Assembly (NCBI GenBank): GCA_964016885.1
Contig: OZ024744.1
Coordinates: forward strand, 111,724,001-111,788,000
From: Eledone cirrhosa
Lineage: Eukaryota
DNA: 64,000 nt
Direction of reading: 5' to 3'
A program made the position numbers and the translations under genes. Shown here piece after piece: positions 1-14,707 of this stretch. Position 1 is the stretch's first letter, and each line of letters starts with the position of its first letter. The notes under the pieces are model-generated. The model was not told the origin of the DNA and ran no database searches. It worked only from the letters and a program-made list of their open reading frames with translations.

Positions 1-115
1 AAATATACGGTAGTGTCCAATCCGTATGAAGAACTCAATGTAATCCAAATATCATGAAAAGAAAAGATGTATTCAAAAATTTTTTCGATGAAAATCACAG
101 GAAAACAGAGTCAAG

Positions 116-158
<43 letters not shown>

Positions 159-163
<5 letters not shown>

Positions 164-240
164 TAACAGATTAAAGTTTAAGCAAAGAATCGCTGCTTTC
201 AGCCTTAACGGGATCTTCTGAAACTAAAACAAACAATCTG
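159..240 (-). ncRNA. Hammerhead-like motif, family A, short inverted copy
   Basis: Reverse complement of 558-640: AGUUU-CAGAAGA-UCCCGUUAAGGCU-GAA-AGCA..UGCU-U-AAACU; ends in (TA)n. Confidence 0.6.
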
Positions 241-271
241 TATATATATATATATATATACATATATATAT

Positions 272-735
272 TTAATTATTATTGATTTTCATAACCTCTG
301 TCATTTTCGTTCTACTAATTTATTTACATTATTCTTCACTCTGAAGCCAAGAATCATTCGGTTTCCTAAATAGAATATTAGTCTAATGACTCCATTTATA
401 CCATAAACGAGGTTTTGTCTTTGCTGCGTGTAATCGTTCTCATCGCTCCACATAACAACGTATTATTTTCGCTTTATCCCGGTCATTGCCAGGGAACGTC
501 TTCATGAACCAAAGTATCGTCTTCCTGTTTTCCTTCGAAATATTTTCTTCTGCGTTCACAGATTGATTTTTTAGTTTCAGAAGATCCCGTTATGAATGAA
601 AGCAGCGATTCTTTGCTTAAACTTTAATCTGTTATTTTAATAAATATTTGCTTTAGGTTTCTTATATATTTGATATATATTTATCCTTATCGAGCCCTCT
701 TTGGATTTTAGTCTTCACATTTATTATTATTACTA
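272..735 (+). mobile_element. Non-coding PLE/retrozyme-like repeat (family A) with hammerhead-like fold at 558-632
   Basis: Colinear with 46457-46913; partial copies at 21065-21202 and 53581-53833; no ORF; stem II damaged in this copy. Confidence 0.65.
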
Positions 736-839
736 TATATATATATATGTATGTAAAAGGTAAACAGAAATAACAACACAATCGGGACAGTATATGGAAG
801 GGATATGTTAGGTTAACGCTTGATATAGCAGGAAGAGGG

Positions 840-875
840 TCTTAACGTTTCGGACGCTAGTCCTTCACCAGAAGA
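840..875 (-). ncRNA. Minimal PLE-type hammerhead (family E), probably inactive (A6G)
   Basis: Minus strand: UCUU-CUGGUGA-A-GGAC uagc GUCC-GAA-ACGU-U-AAGA; palindromic stem III ACGU. Confidence 0.6.
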
Positions 876-934
876 AAGAATGAGAAATAAGATAGAATGA
901 GGGGACGGGCAGGTTGGAATTGGAAAAAAAAAAA

Positions 935-3805
935 TTATGATTAACTTTTGTTTGTTCAAGTCACTAGGCATAACCCTGTCTCTCCGTTGCTGGTTTTCTT
1001 TCACGCTGTCTCTTTCTCCCTCCTTCCCTGGATCGCACAAGCTCTCTCTCTCTTTCCCTTTTAATCGCTCCTTGAATTTCTCTGTCTCTCTTGCTTTAAC
1101 CTTTTTCCTACCCTTCCTGCTACCCCTGTCTCTCTTCTCTACAGCGAAATTGACTGCATGCAAGGGGCAATGCAATTAGAAGCCAATGAAATTGGACAAA
1201 GATAGAACTAGAGTTGTTGATCAAAGAATGGGACCTGGCTGATGGGTCACTGCTAACCAAAATAATTGTGGAGACTTTGAAGAGTCATGGCTTCCTGGGG
1301 ACTTTGGCACAAATAGAGAGGAAAAGAGAAATTGAGAGGGCCTATGTCTTCAGGGATGAAAAAACAGAGAGAAAGAAAAAGAAAAGGAAGAAAACAAACA
1401 CTGACCACAAAGGGTCTACGGAGACCCAGAAGGACCTGAAAACAAATGAGATACCCACCGCCACAGTCAAAGAAGGCAGGCCGGGCGAACAACAGGCAAG
1501 CAGTAAAAGTGAGACGAGAAATCACTATTCGAAGGAAAACAACCAAGCAGAGAGGGACCAGTGGACAACTGTCCAAAGGAAGAACAGAAGGTGCCAAGAC
1601 ACTGGGAGAAGAAAACCCAGGTAACATGCAAGTTCTTCAGGAACGAGATCTGCTGTCATGGAGAAACAGGGACAGGGTGTAGGTTCTCACCCCAGGCTCC
1701 AAGCGAGCTACGCCCAACCTACTCACACAAAATGCCCCAGCCAAAACCTGAACTGATGCAAACTGCCCCACAGAAGTATGCTGATGTCGCGCATGCTGCC
1801 CCAACAAAGAGGAGAAGGCATGCACATACAGATGAGATACAGACGGCGGCAGCACAGCAAAAGAATTTTTTAGAGGTGGCGGAGAGAATTGTGGGACAGC
1901 TGACCTGGCTGCATCGTTTTCAGAGCCAGCGTCACTCACACCAGCACTCGAGACCACCACAATTAAGGGACCCAGGATGGCCGCTGCTGACACCAGGCTA
2001 GGTGCCACACCGACAGCCATTGCTGACACCCCAAATGTCACACCAGTGCTGCTGTTGAATATCAGAGGTCTGGTGAAACTCACTAACAAGAGTAAAATTC
2101 CCTACCTGAGAGACTTAGCCATAAGCAATCAAGCACTATGCATGGCACTAACTGAAACGCATCTGACAAGCAGTATAGCAGATGTGGAAATACATATACC
2201 AAAATATACTGTATTTCATTCAGACAGGAAGGAAAGAACTCATGGTGGGGTTGCTCTGTATATCCGTGAAGATGTCACACCAATTGTACTGTTGACACAT
2301 TCAAACTCAGTCTGAGACACACTGATAGTACATATGAAGCAACTACAGACAGTAATATGTGTCACATATCGGCCGCCCGATGCCCCCAGTCATGAGGGTA
2401 AATTTGAGGATAGCCTCAGAAGGATAGAAGAGGTCCTTGACAAACTGGACCAGGGTCTCAACATTCTACTGCTGGGAGACTTTAACCTACCAAAGGTCAA
2501 TTGGCCTGAGGGCCACCTCCTCCCTGGAATGACATCACTCAAACAGAGACAGACGGAGTCCCTGCTGGCCTTCACACACAGGCTGTTCATGGAACAAGTA
2601 GTACTCCTCCCAACAAGAGGCGAGAATGTCCTGGACCTCTGTTTTACAAACAACGAAGTGCTCATCCACAATGTAAAGGTGACACCAATGATTTTCTTGG
2701 ATCATAACTTAGTAGAACTAGTGATATGTGGTCTGAAAGAGTCACCATAGATGCAACCATTATAAAGCACCGGGAATTTATCAAGCCTTAACTTTTACAA
2801 GGCTAACTGGAAAAAGATCCAGAAAGAGATCCGGAAGCAAAACTGGAGCAATAACATCACCACACATTTTCAACACTTCATGACAACAATACAAACTATA
2901 TGCCAAAAGTTTGTCCTGGAGTAAAAAAGGCCAACAGACACAAAAATCTTATTCCCAGAGACAGGAAAATCCTTATGAGACGTAGAACTAAGCTCTCAAA
3001 CCAGCTGAATGCACAACAGAAAAACAAGAAGGAACCCTATCTGAAACAGGCACTACTTGAAATTGAAACTGCATTCAAACCTTCCCATGAAAATGAGAGG
3101 GCAGAGAGAGAAATCAGGGCCGTAGAAAATATCAAAACAAACCCTAAGGCCTTCTTTAAATTTGCAAAAGAGACTGCCTCAGTACACTGCAAGATTGGGC
3201 CATTCTTCCATACAAACGGTTCATTAACCGAGGATCCCCAAGGGATATGTGAAATACTGAATGAACAGTTCAAAAGTGTGTTCACACCATCACCGAGACA
3301 CATGCAAATAACAAAGCCAGAGGATTTCTTTGATGCCACAACACTCCATGAAGATATGGCGATCATCAGACACATAGACATAACAGAGGAAGATGTGGTA
3401 TCAGACATAGAAGAAATTAGAACTCAGCTGCTGGACACCTGATGGATTCCCAGCAGTCCTCCTAAAAACATGTAAGCGGGCCTTAGCAACCCCACTGACG
3501 ACGCTCTTCAGAAGCTCCTTGGCTAGCAGTAAACTACCCAGAGAGCCACCAGAAAGCACAATATGCCCTATCCATAAAGGAGGTAGCAGAGCGGAGGCCA
3601 AAAACTACAGACCTGTTATCAGTTTCTTTCTAATGATTCACTCCTGACATCACATATCAGTAAGGTCATAGAGCGAATCGTCAGAAAGAAACTGATCACG
3701 TTCCTCGAGGAAAATGACCGCCCGACTAGCACGCAGCATGGCTTTCACCCAGGAAGAAGCTGCCTTACACAGCTGCTACATCACTATGACTGGGTACTGA
3801 AAGCC
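935..3805 (+). mobile_element. Decayed CR1-clade LINE: ORF1 remnant, AP endonuclease, start of RT; 3'-truncated
   Basis: APE motifs NIRGL, LTETHL, GGVALY, YRPP, GDFNLP, PTRGENVLDL, DH (1977-2750); NPKAFF; NYRPV..QHGF..GRSCLTQLL near 3600-3790; many stops and frameshifts. Confidence 0.9.
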
Positions 3806-4445
3806 ATGCTGCACCTGTCTCCGTTCAAGTAATGTCATTCCATGGAGGGTGGTTCTCAGGCCATTTGACCTTTGGTAGGTTAAAGTCTCCCAGTAGCATA
3901 AAGTTGAGACCCTGGTCCAGTTTGTTATGGACTTCTTCCGTCCTTCTGAGGCTATCCTCAAAATCCATGTACAGAAGTTCCCATGGGCATCCAGTCTTAA
4001 ACTCCTGCGTTATAGACTGCAATACGATAATACACAGGAGAGGGCTAAGAACAGAGCCCTGGTGGACACTGACCTGTATGCTAAATTCCTCGCAATAGTC
4101 ATTGCTAACCCTAACTTTGCTGACTGCTCCCCTATACATGGCTTGTACAGACTCCACAAGCCATTCAGCTACTCCTAGTTTTCTAAGAGCCCACCAGATT
4201 ATAGCACGGAGCACTCTGTTGAAGGCTTTTTCCAGATTGACAAATGCCAGATAGAACAGCTTACTTTTAGCTAGGTACTTTTCCTGTAACTGTCTCACAA
4301 AGAAGAATGCATCAGTGGTGCTTTTGCCTGGCACAAACCCAAACTGCATCGCATCTAGATTTATCGGTCCCTAATCAGCTGTGCTGTAACTCTTTCTGTT
4401 ACTTTTATGACCTGGTCCATCAGCTTTATACCTCTATAGTTTCCT
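3806..4445 (-). mobile_element. RTE RT fragment fused to an inverted CR1 endonuclease fragment
   Basis: ORF 3825-4349: QFGFVPGKSTTDA..LEKAF..HQGSVLSP..WELLY, then FEDSLRR..GDFNLPKV matching 2400-2555. Confidence 0.85.
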
Positions 4446-4705
4446 CTATCTAATGCATTCCTTATATATAAATATCTTGGGTGGGTAAAATTCCCGAGAT
4501 CCATGGACGAGTTCTCTCCAGCGGTCTCTGTCCTTCATTATCGCTGCCATGTCCTGCGTCTCCAACAGACCAGTGTCTGTCTTTAGGGCATCAACATATG
4601 TTAAACTTGGTCTTCCTCTTCCAGCGTGTCCATGCAGAGGCTCCCACAGGAGCACTGAGTACAGTGTCAACTCTGGATGTCGGTGAGCATGTCCAGCTAA
4701 CCTCT
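4446..4705 (-). mobile_element. 3' end of a second RTE-like LINE family
   Basis: RLAGHAHRHPEL..WEPLHG..GRPSLTYVD..RDRWRELV; same as 7880-8325 and 36192-36370. Confidence 0.8.
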
Positions 4706-4731
4706 GTGTGTATATATACATATACATATAT

Positions 4732-4912
4732 ATTGTTATACTTGGGGAGGGTCATATTGTTGTAATAATATTGCCAGAAATAATAACAGAACACACTCAC
4801 TGTTTGGTTGGTTTTCGCTTTTGTATCTTTTATATCTCCATAGTTAATTTATTTGGCAATCAATGTTTACCATTGACTGACCAACGGTTAAAAATACAGA
4901 TATAAATATATA
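4732..4912 (-). mobile_element. PLE family B pLTR/tail fragment, interrupted by an RTE LINE and resuming at about 6901
   Basis: Near-identical to 38140-38340 (ATTGTTATACTTGGGGAGGGTCAT...GACCAACGGT). Confidence 0.7.
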
Positions 4913-6881
4913 GTTGCTGAGATGCTGAAGGCATCTGGCACGGTGGGACACAACATGGTCACCCGTATAGTTAACCAAGTCGTACAGAATGGGGTTGTTC
5001 CGAAGGACTGGCATAGCAGCATCATCGTTAACTGTTATAAGGGTAAAGGAGACGCCCTAGATAGGAATAACTATAGAGGCATTAAATTAATCGACCAGGT
5101 CATGAAGGTCACGGAAAAAGTAATAGCGCAACTAATCAGAGAGAGAATTGACCTAGATGAAATGCAGTTCGGGTTTGTGTCAGGCAAAAGTACCACAGAC
5201 GCTCTTTTCATAGTACGACAACTACAGGAGAAGTACCTAGCTAAAGGTAAACCCCTCTACTTAGCTTTTGTCGACTTGGAGAAAGCCTTCGACAGAGTCC
5301 CCCGCTCCATTATCTGGTGGGCTCTTAGAGAACTAGGCGTTGACGAATGGCTTGTGAGGGCTATACAAGCCATGTATAAAGAAACAGTCAGCAAGGTTAG
5401 AATTAACAACGAATATAGTGAAGAGTTTAGCGTAAAAGTTGGCGTAAAAGTTGGCGTCCATCAGTTGGCGTTCTCAGCCCCCTACTATTTATTATTGCCC
5501 TTCAGGCTATAACAGAGGAGTTCAAGACCGGCTGCCCATGGGAACTCCTATACGCAGACGACCTGACACTCATAGCGGAATCAATGGCCGAGCTAGAGAA
5601 GAAATTCCAAACATGGAAGCACGGCCTAGAGTCAAAAGTACTTAAAATTAACCTGGCTAAGACTAAAGTTCTAGTTTGTAGGAAAGAAAACAAGGTGGCG
5701 GTCCCTTCTGGGAAATGGTCGTGCTCAGTGTGTAGGAAAGGCGTAGGTAGAAACTCCATTTTATGTCCTAAATGCAAAGTATGGGTGCATAAAAGATGTA
5801 GTGGGATCACAGGTAAGCTAACTAAGAATATAGATTTTACATGTGGCCGGTGTTCTGGTGCAATAAGTAGCAGCAAGTGCCCACACAATACTAGCTCTTT
5901 CAATTGCGCAGAGGGTTCTATAGAAATAGTGGACAGCTTCCGTTACCTGGGCGATAAAATCAGCAGTGGGGGAGGGTGCTCTGAAAGTACAGTAGCTAGA
6001 GTCAGAACTGGTTGGAAAAAGTTCAGAGAGCTTATACCACTATTAGCTGCTAAAGGGTTCTCCCTAAAAATGAAAGGCAGGTTGTACGATGCCTGCATAC
6101 GAACAGCAATGTTGCATGGCAATGAGACCTGGGCATTGTGTGCAGAGGATATACGCAGACTAGAGAGGAACGAAGCTTGCATGCTCCGCTGGATGTGTAA
6201 CAGTAATATACGTGAACGGCAAAGCATAAACGAACTAAGGAAAAAATTAGAGATAAGAGGGATCAGATGTTGTTTACTCGAGAGAAGGCTACATTGGTAT
6301 GGACACGTGATGCGCATGAAAGTCGATAGCTGTATAACAAAGTGCAGGGCAATAAAGATAGACGGTAGCCACGGAATAGGCAGACCTAGAAAAACCTGGG
6401 ACGAGCTGATAAACTCCGACCTCACACACTTACACCTCTCCAAGACAATGTCACTGGACCGAGACCTTTGGCGGTACTCAGTAACAGAGAAGACCCGCCT
6501 TGCCAGTAGGCATCTCTAACAAAATACACCCCGTCCCGCCACCACCCCCACCCCATCCACACCACCCCCGTTCTATGTAAAGTTATGTTGGTGCCGCGCC
6601 ATCCAGGCCGAAACAAATGAGATCGTGTAGGTGTCACGACAAAAAAACACACAGTCCACGCTGTAATGTGGCCGTGTAGGCAACACGGTAAAAACCTCCC
6701 AGACCCACACTGTAAATGTGGTTGGTGTTAGGAAGGGCATCCAACTGTAGAAAACCTGCCAGAGAGTCCTATGCAAGCAAGACAATCACTCTTGCCTCAG
6801 GTGGGACTACTCCCGTCCAAACCCATGCAAGCATGGAACACGGACGTTAAACGTTGATGATGATGATGATGATGATGATAT
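4913..6881 (+). mobile_element. 5'-truncated RTE LINE: RT with Cys-rich insert, 3'UTR, (GAT)n tail, 19-bp TSD
   Basis: ORFs 4922-5512 and 5584-6519 (one frameshift); YADD near 5551-5562; CSVC..C..C..H..C..C..C; TSD ATACAGATATAAATATATA at 4894-4912 and 6882-6900. Confidence 0.95.
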
Positions 6882-7319
6882 ATACAGATATAAATATATA
6901 TATATATAGTCTATCAAAGTGCTTCAGTGAATTTCTGGCAGTACCAAAACAATATATAGGCACAATTACATTTTTAAGAAGATGCCTCACGTTCACCATC
7001 AGGTGGCGTTGATGTCGTCTGACAGTGTCCAATGTCCATTGGGTGTCCAACCTTAAATCATAATGTCCTTTTGTATTTTGATATAAAGTAGACTTTTAGT
7101 TGTGGTTGGAACTAGAATTAATGATTTAAGCTTTGATTTAACTTGCAATCATTTTAAGCTGTAGAGGAGTGGTTAGGATTCTAACAATCAAAAGGTCATG
7201 GTTTTAATTACTTGACCAGGAGGTGCATTGTTCTTTTGAAGTAGATGCTTCTCTTTATGTTGCTTTTCATGATATGTCTGAGGCACCAGGCATCAATGCA
7301 TATGCACTGGAGAAACTAA

Positions 7320-7797
7320 GAGATACAAACTTGTAGGAGATCAGTTAAACCTACGTAGGTGTCAGCTGTAACCACAACATGTAGAGTGTTGATAGGACAG
7401 GAGTCCCTATCATTGAAACACCTGAGAAACCTCCTATGAGATACAACCCTGTAGGAGAGCAACTAAACCTACATAGGTGTGAGATGTAACAACATGATAG
7501 GACTGGGGTCCCTATCATTAAAACACCTGAGAAACCTCCTATGAGATACAACCTTGTAGGAGAGCAACTAAACCTACATAGGTGTGAGATGTAACAACAT
7601 GATAGGACTGGGGTCCCTATCATTAAAACACCTGAGAAACCTCCTATGAGATACTACCCTGTAGGAGAGCAGCTAAACCTACATAGGTGTGAGATGTAAC
7701 AGCATGTTAAAACTGGGGTCCCTATCATTAAAACACCTGAGAAACCTCCTGTAGGAGAGCAGCTAAACCTACATAGGTGTGAGATGTAACAGCATGT
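7320..7797. repeat. 105-bp minisatellite, about 4.5 units, SINE-derived
   Basis: GTAGGAGAGC recurs at 7451, 7556, 7661; unit contains GGACTGGGGTCCCTATCATT also found in the CORE-SINE. Confidence 0.85.
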
Positions 7798-7879
7798 AGT
7801 ATCACCTGAGCACAATTATACTGTGAATATCATACCTGATGAGAAGCTCATTACAGACACTGAAGCTGTAAACAGTGGA

Positions 7880-8325
7880 CTATATTAAAACACTATACAC
7901 ACTGTAGTGGAGTCTGTGCTGCTGTATGGGTCTGAGACTTGGACACTGACCAAGAAACTCACTCAGATGGTGGATGGGTGCTACACGAGAATGCTGAGGA
8001 TGGCTCTGAACATTAATCAGTATACACTGAGGATGAAAAACTCTGAGCTGTATGGGAGCATCCCAAAAGTGACACAGAGGAGACTGAGGTTGGCTGGACA
8101 TGCTCACCGACATCCAGAGTTGACATTGCACTCAGTGCTCCTTTGGGAGCCCCTACATGGACACACTAGAAGAGGAAGACCAAGGTTAACATATGTTGAT
8201 GCCCTAAGGACAGACACTGGTCTGTTGGAGATGCAGGATATGGCAGCGATAATGAGGGACAGAGACCGCTGGAGAGAACTCGTCCATGGATCTCGGGAAT
8301 TTTACCCGCCTTAGATAGATAGATA
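7880..8325 (+). mobile_element. 3' fragment of RTE-like LINE with (TAGA)n tail
   Basis: ORF 7907-8314 ESVLLYGSETWTLT..RMLR..RRLRLAGH..GRP. Confidence 0.85.
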
Positions 8326-8493
8326 CACACGTAGTATTCAATAATAATAATCCTTACGCTAAATTTGACTTAATTCAACTGAAATTATGAATTAGTTTGA
8401 GGCTAGAAATGGTGCAAAGAGAATTTCTGTTCTCGGTTTACTGACAAACCTCCACTCCTCACCCTCCACATAGTTAAAACAGCAGCATGATTC

Positions 8494-9850
<1,357 letters not shown>

Positions 9851-10345
9851 TCATCATCATCAACGTTTAACGTCCGTGTTCCACGCTTGCATGGGTTTGG
9901 ACGGGGGTTTTCCCACTTGAGGCAAGAGTGTTTGTCTTGCTCGCATAGGACTGTCTGGCAGGTTTTCTACAGCTGGATGCCCTTCCTAACACCAACCACA
10001 TTTACAGTGTGGGGCTGGGAGGTTTTTACCGTGTTGCCTACACGGCCACATTACAGCGTGGACTGTGTCTACACGATCTCATTTGTTTCGGCCTGGATGT
10101 TGTGGCACCAACATAACTTTACATAGAAGGGGGCGGTGTGGATGGGGTGGGGGTTGGGGGGACGGGGGTGTATTTTGTTAGAGATGCCTACTGGCTGTAG
10201 TAGGTTTTACTTTGTATTTAGGTAAGGCGGGTCTTCTCTATTACTGAGTACCGCCAAAGGTCTCGGTCCAGTGACATTGTCTTGGAGAGGTGTAAGTGTG
10301 TGAGGTCGGAGTTTATCAGCTCGTCCCAGGTTTTTCTGGGTCTGG
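9851..10345 (-). mobile_element. RTE 3' end, same family as 4913-6881
   Basis: Reverse complement of about 6385-6860 including RPRKTWDELINSD and the (GAT)n tail. Confidence 0.9.
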
Positions 10346-10439
10346 TAGAAGTTATATTTAAATTGTTGGGATACAACAAGCAAATATTTTTATAACTGAT
10401 ATAAAGCACTCCAACAAATTATTGGAGTAAAAATACGAT

Positions 10440-10610
10440 ATATTAACAAATGGAAAACCATTGCAAAATATATGGCAAACAAGGTCGGTGCTGGAATATC
10501 CCCCTGCTTCACTCCACTTTTTACTGAGATAGGCTCCGACATGTTACCTCCGACATTAACCCAATCCTTCATGTCGTCCTGGAAAGACCTAACTAAAGCA
10601 AGGAACTTCT
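10440..10610 (-). mobile_element. RTE RT fragment
   Basis: SEPISVKSGVKQGDIPAPTLF. Confidence 0.75.
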
Positions 10611-10730
10611 ACAACAACAACACCGGCACTAATGTTTACAGCAACAACAGCTTCAGAATGAATTGAAATGAACATTTACATTTACAACATATATATATAT
10701 ACATACATATAAATATACATATATATATAT

Positions 10731-11085
10731 ATGATGGCTGCCCCCTCGTTATCGACTATGGCCATTGCACGATATACCATTATTAATAATTATTAATTAA
10801 TTCTAATGTCCAATGCCTGTGCATGAAGATATTTTTTTAAATGAGGAAAGACTGTGCACTGAACCAATCCCACTCTCTGAGCGACAGTAGCTATAACCCG
10901 AAAAAGAAGAAAAGTTCAACATCGTCGGTAACTACTGAGCTGCAGGTTTTATATCGGAGTTATCCCAGTTTCCTGAGTTGCCTTCTCCTAGAAGAATGCC
11001 CTGACAAAGGCTAGGGGTCCTTCACTCCCAGTGGTTTAACCGCACGATCGGGTGTCCAGCCCAATTATTTCTATGTCCCCGCGCA
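10731..11085 (-). mobile_element. Non-autonomous RTE-derived retroelement (5'UTR-like part plus 3' tail)
   Basis: Minus strand carries GTCAGGGCATTCTTCTAGGAGAAGGCAACTC and ends GCAGCCATCAT; copies at 43258-43540, 49278-49603, diverged 42880-43130. Confidence 0.6.
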
Positions 11086-11159
11086 TGTACATACACATGC
11101 ACCCATGTATATACACATATTCATATACATACATATGTACATGTGTATATACATATTTA

Positions 11160-11360
11160 CACACTTTTGGATGGCCGTTGACTCTTATGAGATCTTCCGC
11201 CCTTTGTCAGGTTTTGTTTTTTGTCCTGCAAGGTGTCCAAAATCACCCTCCTCACCAAGTAAACTTGGTGGGGTTGCCGGTTTAGTTGCCGACGACCCAA
11301 CCATGCGACAGGTTGTACTGGGTTACATGCTACCAATAGCACTCAAGAGTGACCCGAGAT
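11160..11360 (-). mobile_element. Structured RTE 5'UTR-like fragment
   Basis: Duplicated at 49640-49830; several hairpins (GGGTTGTCGG..CCGGCAACCC; CACCAAGT..ACTTGGTG). Confidence 0.5.
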
Positions 11361-11384
11361 ACATACATACATACATACATACTA

Positions 11385-13074
11385 CATGATGGCTGCAAAC
11401 TCGTGTTCAAGTATTTCCATCGCCCGATAAAATGTTCAAAAATGTGAAGCACAAATGTGACTCTTTAAACCAGCCAAATACTTGCACCCTCTGGCACACA
11501 CATGGCAACTTTAGGCTCCCCCGAAACCTTCCATTGCTTTGTTCTGGCTGTATGTTCACATGTATCTTTTAAGACCTCCCATGCTTGTACATTTCTTACA
11601 CCTTTTCAGATCATGATCTACATGAGGTCTACTGATATGACTTTGTTCATGTCTAATCAAACCAGCTTTGCTCAGGCTGACTCGACCACAGTGCTGGCAA
11701 ACCAGGTGATGTTCAACAGCAGGCAGTTCAGAACAGTCTCAATCCTCACCTTCCTTTTCAGTGTTAGGTGTTCTCTCCGACGAGTTTCAAAGTGTTCACC
11801 ACCCAACTTGATCAAACGTCTCCACTTCACACGCTCGTCAGCCATTTTCTCCCATTCATCAGATGAAATTCCAGCACAAGCCAAGGTGCTCCTGATACAG
11901 TCCCGGTACCGCCTTTTTGGTTTATGTGGTGGTCGCCTTCCTTCACACAGTTCTCCATAGAGAAGTTGCTTTAGAATACGATCATCAGACATCCGGACCA
12001 CGTGACTGCACCACTTCAACCGATACCGAAAGATTATGCTCTCTATAGTCACGCACCTGCTCCGTTCTAGAACTTCCAAATCACTGGTGAACATTTTCCA
12101 CCACACCTCAAGTAACTTATGAAGAGATTGTTGGTGAAATCTCTCCAGATCCTTGAGGTGCTTTCTGTATGTGACCCACGTTTCACAAACATAAAGTAAA
12201 GAGGAGACGACACAAGTCAGATACACTTTCACCTTGGTTCCGATAGTGATACCTCGTCTGGACCATAAACGTTGATGCAGCCGCCCAAAAGCATCACTGG
12301 CTTTCTTGATTCTTAAGGATATTTCATTATCATGCGTGCATGAAGTGTTCAACGTACTACCACCAAGATAAACAAACTTGTCAGCAACTTTTAGCCTCTT
12401 TCCGTACACGTACACACTTGGTGTAGTGTACTCGTTTCCAGGTACTGGCTGATACATCACAACAGTCTTTTCCAAGCTTATTGTGACGCCCAAAGTGCTG
12501 CAAGCTGCAGAAAAAGAGTTCATAATATGCTGCATGTCACTTTGTGAGTGTGCAAAGAGATCGCAGTCGTCTGCATACAAACACTCTTGGATTATAGATG
12601 TTAATACCTTTGTGCTTGTACCAAAGCGCCTGGTGTTGAACAACCTTCCTGAAGTGCGATACCTGATGTAAACCCCATGAGAACAATATTTGAATGCCAT
12701 GAGAAACACTATCATAAAATATAAGGAAAACAGAGTTGGAGCCGGAATGTGCCCATGCTTCACTCCATTTTCAACTGATATTGGTTCAGAGATGCTACCA
12801 CCAATACTGACCAAAGCCTTCATGTCATCATGGAAAAGATGCAAAATCTTCTACCCTACCTTGGATTTTTTTCCCACAATGCAGTTCGATTGACAGTGTC
12901 AAAGGCCTTTGTCAAGTCAACAAACACCAGGTAAAGGTCCATACATTGTTCGATACACTTTTCTTGCAGCTGCCGAGCAGAAACGATCATATCCACTGTT
13001 CCTCTTTCGTTTCTGAACCCACACTGCGACTCAGGCAACACATTCAGAGCAACTCTTGGGATCAATCTATCCAT

Positions 13075-13078
<4 letters not shown>
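11385..13078 (-). mobile_element. RTE/BovB-like LINE, RT and C-terminal part, 5'-truncated
   Basis: LPESQCGFR..RGTVDMI..RQLQEKC..DLTKAFDTV (12856-13077); GVKHG..YADDC..HVVRMSD.R.KQLLYGEL (11672-12844). Confidence 0.92.
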
Positions 13079-13745
<667 letters not shown>

Positions 13746-14327
13746 ATACTTATATATTAAAGTTTTTTCTCCGACATAGCTGTATGTGAATTTTGTATAT
13801 CTAATGATATACAGTATGCTTACGAATAAACATTTGGAAAGCCTTTTAGCTATGAATAATGAAAAGCTGATGGCTAGTGCTGTCAAGCAAGAAACAGTAG
13901 GGGACAACAGTCAAAGCATTTCTGTCGGTGGCCGTCACCAAGACAGTGCCTCCGCTGCTCTCTGCTGAAATTTGAAACAGGCAGAAATATATAGATTTTT
14001 CACCTATGTAGATAGGTCTCATTTGCATATGTTGCTGTATAAGATGGCTCAGTTTGAAAGTACAATTAAAGTTTTCACTCCAACATAGCTGTATACATAT
14101 ACGTATTCTACTTTCAGTCTGAGCCTAGTCATACTTATGGTTGTCGGCTAAATTATTCAATGCATCCATCCTAATTTAATCCTTTTGGTTATACAACGCT
14201 GTATATATTAACATTTTCATATTTAAATTTAAAGCTTCTAATTTCATAATAGAAAAAAATTTGTTTTAAAGAAGTGTTTCATCGTTTTGATAACAACCTG
14301 CCTCAAACTACCTCTGTTTCTTTTAAT

Positions 14328-14490
14328 AATTGTTTCTACCTTTGGCACAAGGCCAGCAAATACCCAGTGTATTACTGGTACTTTATTTTATCGACCCCCG
14401 TCAGAATGAAAGGTAAAGTTAACCTCGGCAGGATTTGAACTCAGATTATAAAGGGCCGTAACTCTCTGCTGCAAAGCATGGCGTCGAGAC
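14328..14490 (-). mobile_element. Nin/Deu-domain tRNA SINE
   Basis: B box GAGTTCAAATCC and CCTTTCATCC..GGGGTCGATAAAATAAAGTACCAG domain; more than 10 copies in the window. Confidence 0.8.
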
Positions 14491-14707
14491 ACTGCATCCT
14501 TTAAAACCTTCATGCTTCCTGAGATTCGTCAACACTACACCTAATATTCCCCCTCCATACACACGCACACGTGTATATAATAACTAACACTATTCACTCC
14601 CCTGACATTTGTATATTACTCTATGTACTATACATGCACCTTTGACGAGTTGTAGTGCATCTGAGCACTGTACACAATAATTTCATTCATTCTTCATTAT
14701 TATATAT

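Noticed and set aside
813-1179. Overlapping ORFs as genes
   Set aside because: Pyrimidine-rich CR1 5' region giving low-complexity peptides.
11200-11360. HDV-like ribozyme in the RTE 5'UTR-like fragment
   Set aside because: Could not assign P2 and P1.1 in the required order; simple hairpins explain the pairing.
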